64,000 nucleotides of DNA from Botryllus schlosseri. Taxonomy: Eukaryota. The notes beneath the pieces were generated by a model. It saw only the letters and a program-made list of their open reading frames with translations. It was not told the origin of the DNA and did not search any database. A program made the position numbers and the translations under genes. Below are positions 59,314 through 64,000 of the stretch, piece after piece; the stretch's first letter is position 1; the number at the start of each line of letters is the position of its first letter. The stretch covers positions 9,426,001 to 9,490,000 of the forward strand of contig CM119372.1 of NCBI GenBank assembly GCA_051294905.1, in the 5' to 3' direction.

Positions 59314-60081
59314 CAGGGGTGTCAAACTCAAGTTGTTTCGCGGGCCGCATTCAAACCTTCAGAACATAGGGTATTAGGGGTTCTATTCAAGCGACACGTT
59401 TATTCGCAAACAATGGAATTTGCAAAAATACAAATATTGACTGGTTAAATATAGTTACAAACCGCTAAAACAGGGGCTCTTACGACGATATCAGCATATT
59501 TCTATGATCCCCTTGTTTCAGTCGTAATCTGCCGTTAACTCTGCATATGCGTTGGGAGGAATACAAGAGATTTACCTGTGGACGTGGCCGTTGGAATTCG
59601 GTTCATTTGAATCGCGATTCGTTTTCCTCTGGTGGTCGGGAACCTTTTCAGTCAGAAGTGATACAGTAGTGCGAACGCAGATATTTGAATTACATTTTTG
59701 TAACTATACTATATTCTCCATATATTCATGCATGCAACGATTTCACATTGGCGTTTTCGCTTCTTCTAGGTCAATTCTAGGTCAATTTTTCCATAAAACT
59801 CTGAACTCAGTGTTCTCCATTTTGGCTTCCCGGAATTGCGTGTCAATGTCACCGAATTTTTGCTAATACTGCTAGAGTGAAACGACAAAATAATAGTTAA
59901 AATGTGGCCTATGCACATATTTTACCTTTGCTGCATTGAGGGATTATTTAATAGAAGTTTCACGGACTAAAAATCTCAACACTTGTTAGAAATATGCAGG
60001 ATAATACAAGCATTTTTCCATCAAATCGAAATTTTTTCGCGGGTCGGATAAAATCGCCCGGTCGTATGTTTCACACCCCTG
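59314..60081. mobile_element. hAT (Buster-type) MITE inside the foldback spacer
   Basis: TIR CAGGGGTGT(C/G)AAAC; TSD CTCTAGTG/CTCTAGTA. Confidence 0.87.
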
Positions 60082-60354
60082 CTCTAGTATATCTTTGTAC
60101 TACATCCAATTCTTTGAAAAAATTTTAAGGAAATAATAATACTTTTTTACACTTTGTATTTTGTAAAGTAGAGAGTAGCATTGGCACATGTTTCTATCAC
60201 GTTTATAAGAATAATTGTCATGATAAATGTTCAAATAGTCTCACACTCCTTGCGAAAAGAGTGTGTATTCACACCCGAAGGGTGGAGAAGAGTGGTACAA
60301 GAAAACATAAACTAACTAAGAATTATATAGCGGTCATAAATCCTACGTGCCTAT

Positions 60355-60867
60355 TAGGGCTGGGCACAATGATTCGAGTACTCGAATCTGAATCGAGTAT
60401 TAATTTTAATGATTCGAGTCGAGTAGTAAAATACGATTTTTCGAGTACTGAAATTATACGCTTCTCGCCACTGAAAGTTGAAGTACGAACGAGAATTATA
60501 GTTTTTATACTATTTTTCACTAAGGAAGCCTTGAAACCTTGATTGGCCGTGTCTCAGCACACGAGACATAGTACAAAGCTACGAACGTTACTGAAATAGC
60601 ATATCTCCGAAGTCGTGATCATCCCAAAACATTGTCAAGAAGTGCAATGAAATCGATATGGTCGAAAATATACCAAAGTATCGTTAATGTGACGGATAAC
60701 AGGCATTTTATACTTTGTGTTGGCATAAAAGGTACATATTTGAACTTTGACATATTTCATTCTGTTGTGACGTCATAATAAGTGATACTCGAATACTCGA
60801 CTCGACTCGAAGCGTAATACGTGATTCAGAATCGAATCACTCAGGTACTCGATTTTGCCCAGCCCTA
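60355..60867. mobile_element. hAT (Ac-like) MITE, uninterrupted copy of the 31667-33337 family
   Basis: TIR TAGGGCTGGGCA; perfect TSD GTGCCTAT. Confidence 0.92.
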
Positions 60868-62811
60868 GTGCCTATACGTGCATACCATTCTACGTTACTA
60901 CGAGCATGCAGAATTTGGATTAAAATGTTGTAGGCTAGGCTACTGTATTTATAACGCGGTTTAAATCTGAGGTACTTTCAGGTTTTGTGTGTCATGAGTA
61001 CAGTGTCGTTCAAAAATAACTTTTTTTCCGGATTCCAGCCATTCACTGATTAAATTGTCAGGTTACCCTAAAAACCGTTGCACGCCAAATTTGGTTCAAT
61101 TCTAACAAGTATATAAGCCACCGCATAGCGAATTTTAATTTTTAATTTATTAGAAAAAATGTTTTAAAAATTTCAAATTTTCCTGTCAACCCCCCGAAAT
61201 TATTGAATTTTCTTCAAAGACGATGCAAAACAGATTTGAATCAATTCCAACTAGTAGAAGCGGAGTTATTTGAGTTTTTCGTTGATAATTCTCGGATTAA
61301 CTACCAATATACACCATTCCCGAAGAATCCGACACGGCTCGGATTTCGTGCTAATGCGTGAGCCGAACAAAGCGCAGATGGTCGGAGTTTCTCATTTAGC
61401 TGTTTAAACAGTATTTACCATGTTTGTCGACTAGCCCTACCTGCGTATTCGATTAAGTTGACTGTCGCAACGCTCTATTTGTATCCGGACATGCTCCAAA
61501 GCTAACATCTGCGCATGAAAAAGACGCCAAACCTGATATCTGCGCACTGGTTAGGGCATTATATGTTCAATGCTCATATAGGTGCTGATATGTGCTCACC
61601 ATTTGTATCCGGACATGCTCTGGAGCTGATATCTGCACACCAAAAGAATCCAGGTATGGTCCAGACCTGATATCTGCGCACTATTTGTATTCGGACATGC
61701 TCCGGAGCTGATATCTGCGCACCAAAAGAGCCCAGGTATGGTCCAGACCTGATATCTGCGCACTATTTGTATTCGGACATGCTCCGGAGCTGATATCTGC
61801 GCACCAAAAGAATCAAGGTATGGTTCAGACCTGATATATGCACCCTATGTGTATTCGGACATGCTCCGGAGCTGATATCTGCGCACGAAAAGAGCCCAGG
61901 TATGGTCCAGACCTGATATCTGCGCACTATTTGTATTCGGACATGCTCCGGAGCTGATATCTGCGCACAAAATTCCCCCAGGCATGGTCCGGACCTGATA
62001 TCTGCGCACTGAATCGACCCAGACATGCTTAAGACGTGATATCTGCGCTCTAAACGAAGCGTGACCTTTATATGACCTCGATGTCTGCGGTTTTTGGTGA
62101 TATCTGCGATATCTGAGTATATCCACAATGATATCTGCGATATCTGCGATATCTGAGTATATCCACAGTAGTGATATCTGCGATATCTGCGATACCTGCG
62201 ATATCTGCGATATCTGAGTATATCCACGGGGCCTCTCTGCTAAGGTAAATGCAGAGAGTAAGAGACGAATGTGTTGAATCGTCCACCGTCAAGTAATTTG
62301 CAACGAACGAAATGCAATAACGGCAGTGACAAGGGTACGAAAAAAGTTGAACAGTAGCCAGGGTGTGCCAATGCAAAAGAAGTCATCAAAACGCCATTGA
62401 GTATTGAGCAGATCACGAACGCCACGGGAAACAACAAAGAACGAAAATCATAACATAATAATATAGCAATGTTTTGAGGTATTCTCATAGCTATGGACCT
62501 TCATCCATTTATAGTGGTCGTGGCATACTGGTAAATTGAAATAAATATCCGTTAAGTTATCGGGATAGATTTCATTGCAAGTTTTCGTATGCTTAATGCT
62601 GCTGGTATCACTGGTATGCAGAATAAATGAGTCAATATTGAATGAATAAGATCACAATTCACAATAATATAATATCATTGACTTTCTCTTTGGTAATAAT
62701 ATCAAATATTACTGTGTCTATTCAAATACATTTATATGATAGATAAGAATAATAAGTAACATAATTCCAATTTCTTTTATCACCGAATGATTCTGCTTGT
62801 GCTTGGTGAAA

Positions 62812-62930
62812 CTTTCCTTTTTCAATACAGTGTCTCCAACTGCCATTCTTTGCTTTTTCCCACTTGAAAAAGCTTTCACCCATTCTAGCATCTCTCCTGT
62901 TATTCCATACCATTTTATGACTTGTGCAGT
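62812..62930 (-). mobile_element. LINE (CR1/L2/Jockey-like) reverse transcriptase fragment
   Basis: Frame not shown in the ORF track: KWYGITGEMLEWVKAFSSGKKQRMAVGDTV resembles the recalled RT motif KL..YGI.G..L.WI..FLS.R.QRV.V. Confidence 0.75.
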
Positions 62931-63399
62931 ACTATATAGTGTGAGGAACTTTCTCTATTAATCTTTTCTAAATCAAGGTAGCCTATACCGTATGTGACAT
63001 CTTCGTCGCTTCATGTATTTTGTCAATGTCGATACAATAATGGTTGACGACAGGGAATGCACTTGCGATGTTGGTCTAAACACCTAAACCTATGATAACG
63101 GAGTGGATTCTGAAAGCTCGAGAATCATGAATGTAAAAATTGCTTCTTAAAACAGACTGCACATAAATCTAGGTGTGAAATCTCTTATTTTTTTAGGTCA
63201 CTAAATAACGTATTATACCTTGAGTCTCATTGATATAAGATACAGTCAGACTTGAGCTGAAAAGTTGTGCTTTGTATAATTCAGTTATGTTATTATGTAG
63301 GGTTGTATGCTATGTCTGCATATAAGACGGGAATCTTGGTCCCGTGAATTATTTTTGCTTTTCATTCAGTTTTCAGTGAAAAAAGATGCCTGCTTGGTC

Positions 63400-63980
63400 T
63401 ACAAGTAGAATAACTTCGTAAATTTCTACTCAAGTAGAAGTAGCGATTAACCAGTACGTATTCTAGGCCTGGTTTTGGCCTGAAAAACTGAAAACTATCA
63501 TATAAGAGTAGACATAGCCTAGTCTAAAATCTTAGTCCGAGTCACAACACTTTGACTTTGAGTCAAAGTGTTGTGACTCGAGTTCAAGTCACTGTGTTCA
63601 CTGTTCAGTTTTGAGTTCAATCCAGTTCAACCCACTTTTTCAACTCTGTTCGAGTGATATAGAATGGTTCGCATTCATAATATCGTAATTTTCATCAGTC
63701 GTAACAAGTTTCCGGCCCTATTTTCCAAGTATCAGGACTGTCGACTGACAGAGGAAATATCAAAAATGTGGTGATTTTACTATTATTCGCAGTTACAATG
63801 AAATGAATTGGCCGTCCTGCTCTCGAATCATATGATTTGGTTTGAGTCATGCACAATAACTCTAGTACAAGTCGAGTCGATACACAATTTGCTTCTAGTC
63901 GAGTCATTTTACACATTTGAAGAAATTACTCGAGTCAAGTCGAGTCACCAAAAGTTGTGATTCGAGTCACAACAACCCTG
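63400..63980. mobile_element. Decayed MITE remnants (AGTAG family and GAGTC family)
   Basis: 63400-63530 matches 29255-29390 inverted; 63530-63980 has GAGTCAAGTCGAGTCA motifs and a TIR-like end ACAACCCTG. Confidence 0.6.
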
Positions 63981-64000
63981 CCAAAAATAGTGTCATTATG

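Larger units (their letters stand above)
58419..62233. mobile_element. Foldback-type non-autonomous DNA transposon with about 740-bp modular TIRs
   Basis: Arms 58419-~59150 and ~61476-62233 are inverted copies, near-identical in their outer part, beginning GGCCCCGTGG; perfect 8-bp TSD TCTCTGCT (58411-58418, 62234-62241); arms built from GCAGATATC 9-mers and 41-bp units. Confidence 0.92.

Noticed and set aside
52921..61094. Isolated CArG matches at 52921 and 61085
   Set aside because: Consistent with background frequency and not near an actin promoter.
58332..62376. Repetitive ORFs (RRYRRY..., QISAPEHVRI...)
   Set aside because: Translation by-products of the foldback tandem repeats, appearing in several frames and both arms.
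62722..62913. 63-aa ORF MVWNNRRD... as a host gene exon
   Set aside because: A different frame gives a LINE RT motif, so the ORF is incidental.

Overview
Intron-containing, transposon-rich animal DNA, about 38-40% GC by eye. An invertebrate deuterostome, probably a tunicate, is my inference from actin type and intron pattern; it is not proven. Left to right the window holds: (1) the first coding exon of axonemal dynein DNAH10 (minus strand) with an RFX X-box upstream; (2) a cluster of four intact non-muscle-type actin genes sharing introns at codons 41/42, 150 and 204, comprising two tandem divergent paralogues and a head-to-head pair surrounded by CArG boxes; (3) a 12-exon FBXL2/FBXL20 F-box/LRR gene; (4) a convergent TRABD gene with an intronless CDS; (5) a 3.8 kb foldback-type element. 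Introns and intergenic DNA carry many hAT MITEs (several nested), a mariner-type MITE, a Chapaev3-like relic, tRNA-derived SINEs and a LINE RT fragment. The top finding is an unannotated, duplicated alternative last exon of the FBXL2/20 gene (50497-50628). It would swap a polybasic, geranylgeranyl-type CTIL tail for an acidic, Cys-rich, farnesyl-type CRVS tail, resembling the KRAS4A/4B lipid-anchor switch but on an SCF substrate receptor. All family assignments come from recalled sequence similarity; no database searches were run.
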